A stretch of DNA of 64,000 nucleotides, from positions 10,966-74,965 of the forward strand of contig JAMDAA010000035.1 in assembly GCA_023484045.1 (NCBI GenBank). The letters run 5' to 3'. A program made the translations under genes and the position numbers. Shown one piece after another: positions 1 through 8,806 of this stretch. Every line of letters begins with the position of its first letter. Position 1 is the first letter of the stretch. The notes below the pieces were generated by a model, which had not been told where the DNA came from, searched no databases, and worked only from the letters and a program-made list of their open reading frames with translations. The stretch comes from Patescibacteria group bacterium (GTDB lineage Bacteria > Patescibacteriota > Microgenomatia > Levybacterales > UBA12049).

Positions 1-624
1 TATCCATGTTTCTGGTTGTGTAAAGTCTGTCGACTCCGATCGGAATACAACTTTTAAACCCATCTTCCATCTGCAAAGTTGCGGTTTTCGGAACGATTAA
101 AAGAGAGGAAAGTGTTGTTAAAAGTTTTTTTGACGTTTCCTCGAGTTCCGGCAAGGTTTTACAGGAGATTGTAACGTATAGGCTGAATTGAAAAAACCGC
201 TCGACGCCTTTTGCGAGCTCTTCTTGTAATGCTAAAGCGTCCTCCAATGCTGCTGTGACCTTTGGGTCGATTACTCTTCCTTGTTCGGCCTCCGATGAAA
301 TCGTCGCTTCCATTTCAGCGACTTTTCGTCGTAAATCGGTTAATACGTCACCCGAAAAAGTCGGATAGCAAAACATCGAAATGTTCATCGTGTTGCCAAA
401 ATCGATTAATGGCTCGAGCCAATTCGGAGATACAAAGCGCGGATAGCCGACGATAAAAAAAGTTCTGTAAAATCTTTCCCCAATTCTGATATAGCGAAAA
501 TCAACTTCGATTGAAGACGGCGCGATAATATCAATAAGTGACACCATGCCTTTTTCGACCGCTGGTATTACATTGCTAGCAGGCGTTTTAGGCGCCACAG
601 CTTTATTTTTATTTTTACCGAATA
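1..624 (-). CDS. VirB4/TrbE-like conjugative ATPase, N-terminal 208 aa only (partial; continues beyond window start)
   Basis: Own translation of the reverse strand from the ATG at 624: MSLFGKNKNK...IEVDFRYIRIGERFYRTFFIVGYPRFVSPNWLEPLIDFGNTMNISMF. This matches the N-terminal CagE/TrbE/VirB4-type domain pattern. The frame is open to coordinate 1. It is not in the ORF track because no stop codon lies inside the window. Confidence 0.45.
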
Positions 625-627
625 GAC

Positions 628-1281
628 TCATACGCTTTTTTGTGCCGTAATCATCGGCGTTTTTATGTCGTTACTTTCAACCAATGTGTTTTCTTCGGCT
701 TCTTCGTTATAGACAGAATAGTAAAGTTTTACCAATTCTTCTTTTTCGAGTGTTTTTGCTTTGAGTCCGAGTCTTGCGAGTTGCGTATTCAGAGAGCTCG
801 ATTTTGTATCCAGGGCTTGTTTTGCCTGCTCCTTCGAATTTTTGTCTTTAATAACGCTCGCCGCGCCTTTCTCAAGCGGCGAATAAGGAATAACAATATA
901 GAATTTTTTATCCAGGACTTCGTTTACTTTTATCAATTCTTGTACGAAATCGTGATACAAACTTATTTGCAGCGAAAGTTTTTCGTTGGTCGATTTTTTA
1001 ACTTCTTCTTCGAGTAATTTTAAATAAGACGAGATATCGACTTTTTTGTTTCGGATCAACACTTGTATCGGAAAAGAAAGTGAATTCAGAAGCGACGCGT
1101 AAGAATATATTTTTGTATTTTGTTCTTCTCTTGACAAAAGCGAAAAGTTAGTCGCCTGAATTTCGGTGATCAAACACGCGTTTCCGCCTGTCAAAAACAC
1201 GATATTCCCCTCGATATCGACAATTTCAGTAAATTTTTGGGTAGACCCTGCTTTTATTTTGTTTGGTTTATCGATCGCCAT
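628..1281 (-). CDS. Hypothetical protein in the T4SS-like operon, between the PrgI-like and VirB4-like genes
   Basis: 217-aa ORF separated by 3 nt from both the upstream PrgI-like gene and the downstream VirB4-like start. Charged and coiled-coil rich. No family recognised. Confidence 0.4.
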   Translation of the reverse strand: MAIDKPNKIKAGSTQKFTEIVDIEGNIVFLTGGNACLITEIQATNFSLLSREEQNTKIYSYASLLNSLSFPIQVLIRNKKVDISSYLKLLEEEVKKSTNEKLSLQISLYHDFVQELIKVNEVLDKKFYIVIPYSPLEKGAASVIKDKNSKEQAKQALDTKSSSLNTQLARLGLKAKTLEKEELVKLYYSVYNEEAEENTLVESNDIKTPMITAQKSV

Positions 1282-1283
1282 AA

Positions 1284-2534
1284 TTAATTACCTGCCGCGC
1301 TTGAAAACAATGCTTTTCTTAACTCTTCACGTTCGTCGCTCGAAATTACCTCAAGCGGCGAGATTATTTCTCCCGACACGATAAGCTCAATGACGTCAAA
1401 CTTATTTTTCCCTTTTGGGTCTTCAAATGCGACAGTATACGTGCCGTTTAAAAGCGGCGTCGCTGACGCAAATTGGCCCAAGCCGTTTGTTTTAAACGCG
1501 CGAACAGGATTTCCTTCTTTATCCTTTACCTCGATTAAAATACCCGGCAATACGTTTCCTCTGGCGTCTTTAACGATTCCTGTTATTAGATTTGGAACAT
1601 CGGGCGTTATTGGCGCGCCGACAGTTTTGCCCATCGTTTTTGGAATCGTTCTCACGTTTTGAGTTTCGGCTTTGGGTTGTATTGCCCCCGGTGTAAACAC
1701 TTTTTGCTGTTGTGTTTCGATTGTTTTTTTAAGGTTCAATAATTGCTGTTCAAATTGATTTCGTTCTGTCATAACTTCGTTTAACTGCTGTTCTAGTTCC
1801 AATACTTTTTGATGTATGTTTGCGGTCACAGCTGGTTCTTTCTGAATCGCTTCCTCTTTTTTTGCCTCCTCGAGTTCTTTTGTGATCAACGCCGCTTCTT
1901 TTTGAAGCACCTCGTTTAAATTTTGTTGATTTTTAGGTTGGGAAATGATAGGTTTTTCTTCTTTTCTGGCGGAGCCAGATCCCGCTTCGCGGGACTTTTT
2001 TTCCTCATCTGTCAAAATTATGCGTGGCGGTCCGCCAGGTGGCTGAGAAACCGTTGGTTGGGCCATGCCACCACTAAGCATCGACGAAAGAGACTTAAAA
2101 AACATCATTTCCTTTTCGTCGTGTTTCTCTTTCGGTTTTTGTGGAAGATTTGCTAAATACATCTGAAGTTTGTTTTGCGATTGCGCTTGTGTTTGTTTTG
2201 CCGGGCCTTGAATTTTTTGAATTACGATCGGGACTAATAACTGCCCTCCGAGTTTTTGATAAACGTACTGATTGGGAGAAAAAAGCGCTCTTAAAAAATT
2301 GCCAAACATTATATCGAGCGGTCTTCCTTCGATCGGCAAAAAAGCCAAAGAAACACCAAGTAAAGCAGAAAACAAAGAAATGGAATATTTTATAAGCCAA
2401 AAAATGGGTGCGTAAAAAAATAAAAATGCCAAACCGACTCCACCGGCCAAAAACGCAAACTGCTTAACCGTCATGTCGCCGATCAATTTAAATTTAAATC
2501 CGGTAACATCCTGGGGTATTGGATGATTTTCCAT
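1284..2534 (-). CDS. PrgI-family (VirB3-like) membrane protein with a long C-terminal coiled-coil / beta-rich extension
   Basis: The N-terminus IPQDVTGFKFKLIGDMTVKQFAFLAGGVGLAFLFFY...GRPLDIMFGNFLRALFSPNQYVYQK matches the PrgI-family pattern (xPQxIxxEDKIxGPxTxKQFxYLAGG, two TM segments, then YxWxK). Residues 100-416 are an extension with a Q-rich coiled coil and a C-terminal beta-sandwich-like region. Confidence 0.55.
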   Translation of the reverse strand: MENHPIPQDVTGFKFKLIGDMTVKQFAFLAGGVGLAFLFFYAPIFWLIKYSISLFSALLGVSLAFLPIEGRPLDIMFGNFLRALFSPNQYVYQKLGGQLLVPIVIQKIQGPAKQTQAQSQNKLQMYLANLPQKPKEKHDEKEMMFFKSLSSMLSGGMAQPTVSQPPGGPPRIILTDEEKKSREAGSGSARKEEKPIISQPKNQQNLNEVLQKEAALITKELEEAKKEEAIQKEPAVTANIHQKVLELEQQLNEVMTERNQFEQQLLNLKKTIETQQQKVFTPGAIQPKAETQNVRTIPKTMGKTVGAPITPDVPNLITGIVKDARGNVLPGILIEVKDKEGNPVRAFKTNGLGQFASATPLLNGTYTVAFEDPKGKNKFDVIELIVSGEIISPLEVISSDEREELRKALFSSAAGN

Positions 2535-2542
2535 AATATTTT

Positions 2543-3016
2543 AAAATCCGAAATTCGAATATCGAAATTCGAAACAAATTCAAATTTTTAATTTTTAAAT
2601 ATCTAAATCTATTCTGACTTTCGAATTATCGATCCAAATATGTTCATTAATTCTGTTGCTTCTTTAATCAATACACCTCTTTCTTTTTCTAATTCAGGAT
2701 TATTGTTTATATCTATTAGCAATAGCCAATATCTACTTTCTTTTACTTCTTTCCTACAAATTTTAATCCTCAAAACAAAATCTTTTTTACTTAACGATTC
2801 ATTCGCCTCAATGTAATTTGCTCCAACCGACCCAGATGCTCTTATAAGTTGTATGCCGTCTTCGATGTTTCCGACTGTTTTAACTACTTTTTTAACAAAA
2901 ATTCTTACTCTCTTAGCAAAATTAAATGTCCTTTCCTCTAGGTCGTATTGTTTTGTATTTTTGATTTCTGTCATTTAGAGATTGTTTCGGGTTTCGGACT
3001 TCGTGCTTCGGATTTT
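2543..3016. other. Four-helix-bundle ORF cassette 1, bracketed by an imperfect inverted repeat (IR-L 2543-2577, IR-R 2983-3016)
   Basis: IR-L is aaaatccgaaattcgaatatcgaaattcgaaacaa. The reverse complement of IR-R is aaaatccgaagcacgaagtccgaaacccgaaacaa. Both are built of NNNCGAA heptamers and identical at both ends. The IRs start about 9 nt outside the ORF start codon and about 30 nt after the stop. Confidence 0.45.
2609..2974 (-). CDS. Four-helix-bundle protein (TIGR02436-type; 23S rRNA intervening-sequence protein / DGR Avd family)
   Basis: 121 aa with ...FAKRVRIFVKKV...LIRASGSVGANYIEANESLSKKDFVLRIKICRKEVKESRYWLLL, the characteristic IAEG/ANxxEA...S.KDF...ALGS/CRKE...E..YWL pattern. Confidence 0.75.
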   Translation of the reverse strand: MTEIKNTKQYDLEERTFNFAKRVRIFVKKVVKTVGNIEDGIQLIRASGSVGANYIEANESLSKKDFVLRIKICRKEVKESRYWLLLIDINNNPELEKERGVLIKEATELMNIFGSIIRKSE

Positions 3017-3180
3017 AATGCATAAAACTGTCTTAAATAAGATTATTATGTGAAAAAAATGTTTGCAAGATTATCAAAGTGGGTCAAACGTTACTATAAA
3101 TCAGCCTGCCCCGTGAAAATTGCTCTCTGAGCCGTATTCGAATAGAATAAAAAAGGCGAAAGAGGCTAGTTGTGAAAAAT

Positions 3181-3528
3181 TTATTTATTGAGGCAGACAT
3201 CAAAACCAAAACTTTTTATGCAACCTACCCCTGTAATATAACTTATAAAGCTTATAATAAAGTAGGAAAGAAGAATAATTACGAGTCCGATAATAGCGTA
3301 GGTTAATGTTTTTTTTGCGCCTTCGACTTGCTTTTGGTCGCCGCCAGATGTAATAAATTTAATACCCGAGATTATAACGATTATTACTGCAACGACTCCG
3401 GCCAAAATCAGCGCCCAGATCAAACCATTGTGAAATACGGCGGGAAGACATTTTAAAGTTGCAACTTTATCGCCTTTTTCAGTTGTTTCTAGACATTCAG
3501 GAACAAATGTTTCCCAGTCCACTCCCAT
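3181..3528 (-). CDS. TrbC/VirB2-like pilin-type small membrane protein (paralog 1)
   Basis: 115 aa with a hydrophobic helix, then GIKFITSGGDQKQVEGAKKTL, then a second hydrophobic helix. This two-TM plus conserved GG(D/N)xxKxxxAK loop is shared by all five paralogs. Confidence 0.5.
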   Translation of the reverse strand: MGVDWETFVPECLETTEKGDKVATLKCLPAVFHNGLIWALILAGVVAVIIVIISGIKFITSGGDQKQVEGAKKTLTYAIIGLVIILLSYFIISFISYITGVGCIKSFGFDVCLNK

Positions 3529-3573
3529 ATCTTAAGATTATCAAACAGCGTTAGAAAAGACAAGTTGAATTTA

Positions 3574-3981
3574 TTAGGAGCCGATCAGGGGAGGTATCGT
3601 AAGATTTGTAATATTAATTCCGAACAATTGCGCTACAAACGATATAATAAAGTAAGCCAATATCGCAATAATTAATCCTACAATCGCCGCCACAATCTGA
3701 TTTCTCGCTCCCTCTACTTTCGATTTATCTCCGCCGGAAGTAATCCATCTTATTCCGCCGATGATTAAGAAGAATACGGCGATAATAATCGCGATAATAA
3801 TAACAGCGATTATGACTCTACCGACCATCGGGCCGAAATCTGTCGGCGTAATCAAACATATTTGTCTGAGAATGTCATTTTTCTCTTTTTCTTGGCAAAT
3901 AGCAAGGTCTACGGCAAAAGCAGGATTTGCCAGTAATAGATACGAGATAAGTCCTGTTATCGGGGCGATAATTTTCCTCAT
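3574..3981 (-). CDS. TrbC/VirB2-like pilin-type protein (paralog 2). Start trimmed to MRKIIAPITG with a signal peptide
   Basis: Signal peptide ending ANPAFA, then the core FGPMVGRVIIAVIIIAIIIAVFFLIIGGIRWITSGGDKSKVEGARNQIVAAIVGLIIAILAYFIISFVA. This core is identical to paralog 3 over 68 aa. Confidence 0.5.
   Translation of the reverse strand: MRKIIAPITGLISYLLLANPAFAVDLAICQEKEKNDILRQICLITPTDFGPMVGRVIIAVIIIAIIIAVFFLIIGGIRWITSGGDKSKVEGARNQIVAAIVGLIIAILAYFIISFVAQLFGINITNLTIPPLIGS
3635..3838. repeat. 204-bp perfect direct repeat, copy A (inside pilin paralog 2); identical to 4213-4416
   Basis: Direct base-by-base comparison of the two regions. Identity begins at acaaacgatataataaagtaagcc and ends at ggccgaaa. 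Flanks diverge immediately on both sides. Confidence 0.9.
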
Positions 3982-4043
3982 TAGATTTATGATATGGAGA
4001 TTTTTGGAGTTTGTCAAGAGGAAAATATTTTAAATTTAACTGT

Positions 4044-4571
4044 TTACCGACATTCAAAAATTGGCGGGAGTAGTCCAGGATTAATTTGGGTACAGGTTCC
4101 CGAAGTGCAGGATCCAGATGTATTCCCGCCGCAAACAGCAGACGAAGAGCTACTTCCGCCTATTAAATTTGGAATCGTGAGATTCGTAATCGTTATTCCG
4201 AATAATCCGGCCACAAACGATATAATAAAGTAAGCCAATATCGCAATAATTAATCCTACAATCGCCGCCACAATCTGATTTCTCGCTCCCTCTACTTTCG
4301 ATTTATCTCCGCCGGAAGTAATCCATCTTATTCCGCCGATGATTAAGAAGAATACGGCGATAATAATCGCGATAATAATAACAGCGATTATGACTCTACC
4401 GACCATCGGGCCGAAACTTTGAGGATTAAAACCGCAAAGTATCTTATTAAATCCTGTGTTGCCTCCTGCTCCGGCCTGACTGCAAACGTCAACCGTTACG
4501 TCGGCAAAAGCGGGTTTTATAAAAAAGAGATAAAAAAACAGAGTACTAAAAAATGCAAAAATTTTCCTCAT
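4044..4571 (-). CDS. TrbC/VirB2-like pilin-type protein (paralog 3) with a Cys/Gly/Ser-rich C-terminal tail
   Basis: Same start and signal peptide as paralog 2 (MRKIFAFF...KPAFA) and the identical 68-aa core. It has a divergent N-terminal region and a C-terminal GGSSSSSAVCGGNTSGSCTSGTCTQ tail. Confidence 0.5.
   Translation of the reverse strand: MRKIFAFFSTLFFYLFFIKPAFADVTVDVCSQAGAGGNTGFNKILCGFNPQSFGPMVGRVIIAVIIIAIIIAVFFLIIGGIRWITSGGDKSKVEGARNQIVAAIVGLIIAILAYFIISFVAGLFGITITNLTIPNLIGGSSSSSAVCGGNTSGSCTSGTCTQINPGLLPPIFECR
4213..4416. repeat. 204-bp perfect direct repeat, copy B (inside pilin paralog 3)
   Basis: See copy A. The offset between copies is 578 bp. Confidence 0.9.
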
Positions 4572-4616
4572 TAAATTTATAGTAGCTGGTTTTTAAAAAT
4601 TGTCAAGTATTATGGT

Positions 4617-4943
4617 TTATTTAAGATTACCGACTAAATTAGTCCCGAATAAGCCGCCTATAAAACCGATTATAAAGAATGCGAGAAGAATAATTACAAG
4701 TCCGATAATCGCAAAAGTAATTTTTTGCCTTGCTTTTTGGATCGCTTCTTTGTTTCCTCCGGATGAACTCCACTGAATTCCGCCCCAAATTAAAAAAATA
4801 AGCGCGAGGATAATCGAAACTACAAAAAGAATAACTATTGTATTTGAAATAATTTTCTGCAGAGTTCCTTCTCCGGCAGTCGGCACATTACCTGGAACAT
4901 TGATTTCTCCAAGCTGAGGAATATTTAATGCAAAAAGTTTCAT
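4617..4943 (-). CDS. TrbC/VirB2-like pilin-type protein (paralog 4)
   Basis: 108 aa: ...IVILFVVSIILALIFLIWGGIQWSSSGGNKEAIQKARQKITFAIIGLVIILLAFFIIGFIGGLFG. Confidence 0.5.
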   Translation of the reverse strand: MKLFALNIPQLGEINVPGNVPTAGEGTLQKIISNTIVILFVVSIILALIFLIWGGIQWSSSGGNKEAIQKARQKITFAIIGLVIILLAFFIIGFIGGLFGTNLVGNLK

Positions 4944-4944
4944 T

Positions 4945-6369
4945 TTAAGGAATTTTTAAAGACCATCCGGGAATATGTAATATATTAACTCCGATAAGTT
5001 CCAATATAAATATCGAAAATATTATAAATAAAAGACCCACAATGGTAGATGTTAAGGTTTCCTTTGCCCCCTGAACTTTTTCTGCATTTCCCCGAGACGT
5101 CATTAGTTTATAACCGGAATAAATAATTAATAAGAGGGCAATTCCACCAGAGAGACTAAGAGTAATTCCAAAAATGCTTGCTATAAAGTCTTTTGGGTCA
5201 GTGCCAATGTCGATTCCTAAACCGGTGGAAACCTTTTCACATTTATCATTTACTAGTCCACCGGGCGCGCAAACTGGCGCGGGAGGAGGGAACGATTGTT
5301 GGTCAGATGATTTGTCGTAAAGTATACACCCATAACCCTGATAACACCATCCGCTAGCAGAGCAATCGACATATGATGTTGGATCAGTAAATTCAGTTTG
5401 ATTTTTGATGTTTTGACACGTATTTTCGAAGCCATTCCAAATAAATTTATTTGAACAAACAGGACAGCTTGTTAATAAATCTGGATTCTGTGTCGGTTTA
5501 GGGATTGGAGTGTTTCTCGGAATCGGTGTTGGAGTATTTGTGCCTGCTGGAGCGGGATTAACTTTAAAGTTTAATGGGCACCAGTTATTGTATTGTATGG
5601 ATTCGGAATCACTACCAATATAGACCTCATAAGTTCCTAATTGGGATGGTGCTGAAAATTCATGTGCTAAAGTATTATTAGCATCAAGCGTAACTGGTTC
5701 TGGATTTTTTGCGTCCCAACTTCTGCCAAAATATACAGACTTTTTTGTTATTCCGGGCCATGTTACTTTGTACGTTAAACCTGCATTAGGGGTTGTATCT
5801 ATTAAATCTTGCGATTGTCCACATTGTGGGTTAACATTGACCGATGGCTGCGGGGTTGGTGTTGATGATTGATTTTGATCAGACTTAATAATATTAATTA
5901 CATATTCGTCAACTTGATTAAAAATATCACCGCCCAATGTAATAACCTTTTTTTTATTAAGGATAATGTCATATCTTCCCAGAACAAGGTTTTTTAGATC
6001 ATTTTTATCATCAACTACGAACTCGTGTTTTGTCGCTCCAGTATCATGAGTATCAAAAACAAAATAAGGATGTAATCCTTTTTTCCGTGCAAATTGAGCG
6101 CAATCATTATTATATGAATTCGTAAGCGTACTTTCTAAAAATACATATTTATCAAGATTTTGAATTTCTATTACATAACAAGTTCTTGGCTGGAGATTAG
6201 AAATCTTGATTTTAAAAGGGGAACCTTCTTTGAAATTATTTTCAGACGTGGCCACAATTTTTTCTGGATTTTCAGAGTCAGAGTTAGCAAATACATTCTT
6301 GGCAAAAGTTATTAAGTAAGAAAGGATAAAAACTATTATTAATAATAAAAGAAGATTATTTTTTCTCAC
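4945..6369 (-). CDS. Large secreted protein (about 400-aa Cys-rich extracellular region) fused to a C-terminal TrbC/VirB2-like pilin module
   Basis: N-terminal signal peptide. The long extracellular region has about 16 Cys and PTP-rich linkers. The C-terminal 75 aa, GGIALLLIIYSGYKLMTSRGNAEKVQGAKETLTSTIVGLLFIIFSIFILELIG, has the same two-TM pilin-like architecture as the four short paralogs. Confidence 0.5.
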   Translation of the reverse strand: MRKNNLLLLLIIVFILSYLITFAKNVFANSDSENPEKIVATSENNFKEGSPFKIKISNLQPRTCYVIEIQNLDKYVFLESTLTNSYNNDCAQFARKKGLHPYFVFDTHDTGATKHEFVVDDKNDLKNLVLGRYDIILNKKKVITLGGDIFNQVDEYVINIIKSDQNQSSTPTPQPSVNVNPQCGQSQDLIDTTPNAGLTYKVTWPGITKKSVYFGRSWDAKNPEPVTLDANNTLAHEFSAPSQLGTYEVYIGSDSESIQYNNWCPLNFKVNPAPAGTNTPTPIPRNTPIPKPTQNPDLLTSCPVCSNKFIWNGFENTCQNIKNQTEFTDPTSYVDCSASGWCYQGYGCILYDKSSDQQSFPPPAPVCAPGGLVNDKCEKVSTGLGIDIGTDPKDFIASIFGITLSLSGGIALLLIIYSGYKLMTSRGNAEKVQGAKETLTSTIVGLLFIIFSIFILELIGVNILHIPGWSLKIP

Positions 6370-6551
6370 TTCTTCATCGTAGAATAGTTAAAAAAGTTTT
6401 GCAACTAAGGAGAAAATTTGAGACCGCGGCCTTTTATTGTTTGGAGATGGATTGGGTTATTGGGACCAGCTTCGATTTTTCTGCGGAGTCGGTACAGTCA
6501 TCGGTTTTCGGTTGTCAGTTTTCAGAAATTTGTTTGTCGGTTTTCGGTTAA

Positions 6552-6926
6552 TCAGTCAAATTTTTGCCAGGAGGATAAAAGTTTGTTAAGTTTTCTAGAG
6601 AGAATTTTATATTTTTCTATTAGCCATTCGCAATCTTCAGTTCGGATTCTGGTATAAGTTTTTGCCACAATTTTTATTTCTCTAATATGAGTTATAACTT
6701 CATCTGATGACCCAAGTGCCATTGACAAAAACCTGCAGAATTCCCGAGGCGACCTTTTCTTGCCAAAGCCTTCTGCTATTTGAGGAGCAATTTTTTCTCC
6801 AGCTTCGTTTGCTTGGAATTTAAGCCTTCTATGAGTTAGAGGAAGTAAGTTTGTAATTCTATATAATGGTTCAAGGAGATCAAGTGACAAATTATAAACT
6901 TCAAGGTCAGTAACATCTTTAATCAC
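6552..6926 (-). CDS. Four-helix-bundle protein (TIGR02436 / Avd / IVS-protein family), copy 2
   Basis: MIKDVTDLEVYNLSLDLLEPLYRITNLLP...IAPQIAEGFGKKRSPREFCRFLSMALGSSDEV. Flanked by heptamer-repeat tracts at 6470-6551 and 6930-7000 that are roughly inverted with respect to each other. Confidence 0.75.
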   Translation of the reverse strand: MIKDVTDLEVYNLSLDLLEPLYRITNLLPLTHRRLKFQANEAGEKIAPQIAEGFGKKRSPREFCRFLSMALGSSDEVITHIREIKIVAKTYTRIRTEDCEWLIEKYKILSRKLNKLLSSWQKFD

Positions 6927-7000
6927 TCTCTTAGTCTATCAGATAAACAGATAACTGATAAACTTTTGTCCGAGAACAGAAAACCGGGAACTGATAACAT

Positions 7001-8377
7001 TTATGCAGTGAATTTCATTCCTCTCCCCTTAATTGTCTCCAGATGCTTTGGGTTATTTGGGTCTGTTTCTATTTTCTTCCGCAATCTAAAAATTAACTGA
7101 TCAAGCGCCTGGTCTGTTACTCCGGCCGTTGTTTGAGTATCTTTCCAGACCGAATTTATTATCTCTTCTCTCTCTATAATTTTTCCCTGATTTTCGATTA
7201 AATATTTTAAAAGCCGAAATTCAGCAGAAGTTAAATTCTCTGAAAGAACAAGTTCTCCTTTTTTAATCTCTCTTGCGTCTTGGTCGTAATGTATTTGTTC
7301 GTGGGCGGTTTCTTTTAATGTTTTAATATATTCTTCAAAAATCGGAATTGCGATCTGTTGATTTTTTAACATCCCGACTTTTTCAAGATATATTATGTTT
7401 TCTTTTTCGATATTAAATACCGTGCTTGAAATATTAGATATTAAATATTCTTGTTCGGCCGGAATAAACGAAGACCAGATTTCAAAAAGCCCTTTTTGAA
7501 CCGGTTTTTGTTCGAGCAAAAATTCGATAAGTTTCTTAGCGTTTGGCTGTAAGTCCTTATCTGCTAATATACTTTCCGCACAAAGTCTCGTCAGTTTTCC
7601 GTGTCCTCCGGTTAAATCGATAATTTTGTCCAAAAGTTTTATGTCGATATCTTTTCCCGATATTTTCTGAAGATATGAAATTCTAAAATCTGTTCCCGGT
7701 TTATCATAAAGCGAAAGATAAATAATATTTCCGGCGATAAACTCGTAAAAGTCTGCAAAAAGCGCCGGTTCGATTAAGTCTTCAAGCGGCCGGGGAAGCG
7801 AAAAAATAACAGAAAATCTGTACTTGGCGATGTTTCTAAGGGTTTTAAGATTTATAAAAAACTGATCGGAAACTTTTGAAATATAGTCTTCGAATCTGTC
7901 GAAAAGAAAAACAACGGCTAGTTCCTTTTCGATCGACAAAAAATTAACAGCTTCTTTTAGCCCCTGAAAAAGAACGATTTCATCATTTTGAATCATATGG
8001 GATTTGAATATTTTATGGAGTGCTTCGTGTTCTGCATTCAGCTTCCGGTCGCGGAGCGAATCGGCCAAAGACAAAAACATAAATTTTAGAACGTCAAAAA
8101 GAGATCGGTTTTTGACTTCGGAAAAATTCATGTAGACAAAGTGAAGCCATTTTTGATCTTCGCCTGAATGTTTAATGCGGACATTCCGGTTATAGGCAAG
8201 AAGTCTTAATAGATTTGATCTTCCTGTTCCGGGAAGGCTTACGATCTGACACGATTTCCCTCCTTTAATAAAACCCAGAATTTTTTCGATTTCTGCAAAA
8301 CGAGAGTCGTCGGGGTATAAAGATTCAAAATGAAGACCTTCCATTGCTTCATTGTTAAATTGCTTGATTGTTTTCAT
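7001..8377 (-). CDS. P-loop NTPase fused to a C-terminal OmpR/PhoB-type winged-helix DNA-binding domain (putative regulator)
   Basis: N-terminal SLPGTGRSNLLRLL P-loop-like motif followed by an ATPase-like region of about 300 aa. The C-terminal FRLLKYLIENQGKIIEREEIINSVW...ALDQLIFRLRKKIE...IETIKGRGMKF is a typical trans_reg_C winged helix. Confidence 0.6.
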   Translation of the reverse strand: MKTIKQFNNEAMEGLHFESLYPDDSRFAEIEKILGFIKGGKSCQIVSLPGTGRSNLLRLLAYNRNVRIKHSGEDQKWLHFVYMNFSEVKNRSLFDVLKFMFLSLADSLRDRKLNAEHEALHKIFKSHMIQNDEIVLFQGLKEAVNFLSIEKELAVVFLFDRFEDYISKVSDQFFINLKTLRNIAKYRFSVIFSLPRPLEDLIEPALFADFYEFIAGNIIYLSLYDKPGTDFRISYLQKISGKDIDIKLLDKIIDLTGGHGKLTRLCAESILADKDLQPNAKKLIEFLLEQKPVQKGLFEIWSSFIPAEQEYLISNISSTVFNIEKENIIYLEKVGMLKNQQIAIPIFEEYIKTLKETAHEQIHYDQDAREIKKGELVLSENLTSAEFRLLKYLIENQGKIIEREEIINSVWKDTQTTAGVTDQALDQLIFRLRKKIETDPNNPKHLETIKGRGMKFTA

Positions 8378-8434
8378 TGTTTGATATTTTAGTTAAAAGT
8401 TCAAAGTTAAAAATTAAAAATTACAACTCAAAAT

Positions 8435-8806
8435 TCAAAGTTTATTTCTTCCTTTTAACGTAGAAATACTTGAACCAAGGATTTTTACAAGTTCATCTGT
8501 TTCTTTTAAGAGTGCTTCAATTTCTGCTATTAATTTGGGATCAAGATCTTTTGATAAAGCCAGCCAAAATTTAGTTTCGTTCCCGCTTTTTAAAGCGTGA
8601 TTTAAGAAATTAACAAAATCTCTTTTTGAACTAGCCGCTTGTGCTTCGATAATATTAGCCCCGATGGATGTCGCTGCTCTTAAAAGCTGATCGCTTATAA
8701 CCCATGCAGATCTTTTATTGGGGAACTTATCAACCAGATTAATTATTCTTCTGGCCAAAATAAACGCCCGGCTTATTAACTGTTTTTTAAAATCTTTGTT
8801 ATTCAT
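8435..8806 (-). CDS. Four-helix-bundle protein (TIGR02436 / Avd / IVS-protein family), copy 3
   Basis: ...RAATSIGANIIEAQAASSKRDFVNFLNHALKSGNETKFWLAL... Flanked by inverted heptamer-repeat tracts at about 8390-8440 and 8807-8860, both containing ttaaaagttcaaagt. Confidence 0.75.
   Translation of the reverse strand: MNNKDFKKQLISRAFILARRIINLVDKFPNKRSAWVISDQLLRAATSIGANIIEAQAASSKRDFVNFLNHALKSGNETKFWLALSKDLDPKLIAEIEALLKETDELVKILGSSISTLKGRNKL

Noticed and set aside
2609-8806. Diversity-generating retroelement (the four-helix-bundle proteins belong to the Avd family)
   Set aside because: No reverse-transcriptase-like ORF with a YxDD motif in the window. No template/variable repeat pair with adenine-specific mismatches was found near the three genes. 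The perfect 204-bp pilin repeat shows no A-to-N pattern.
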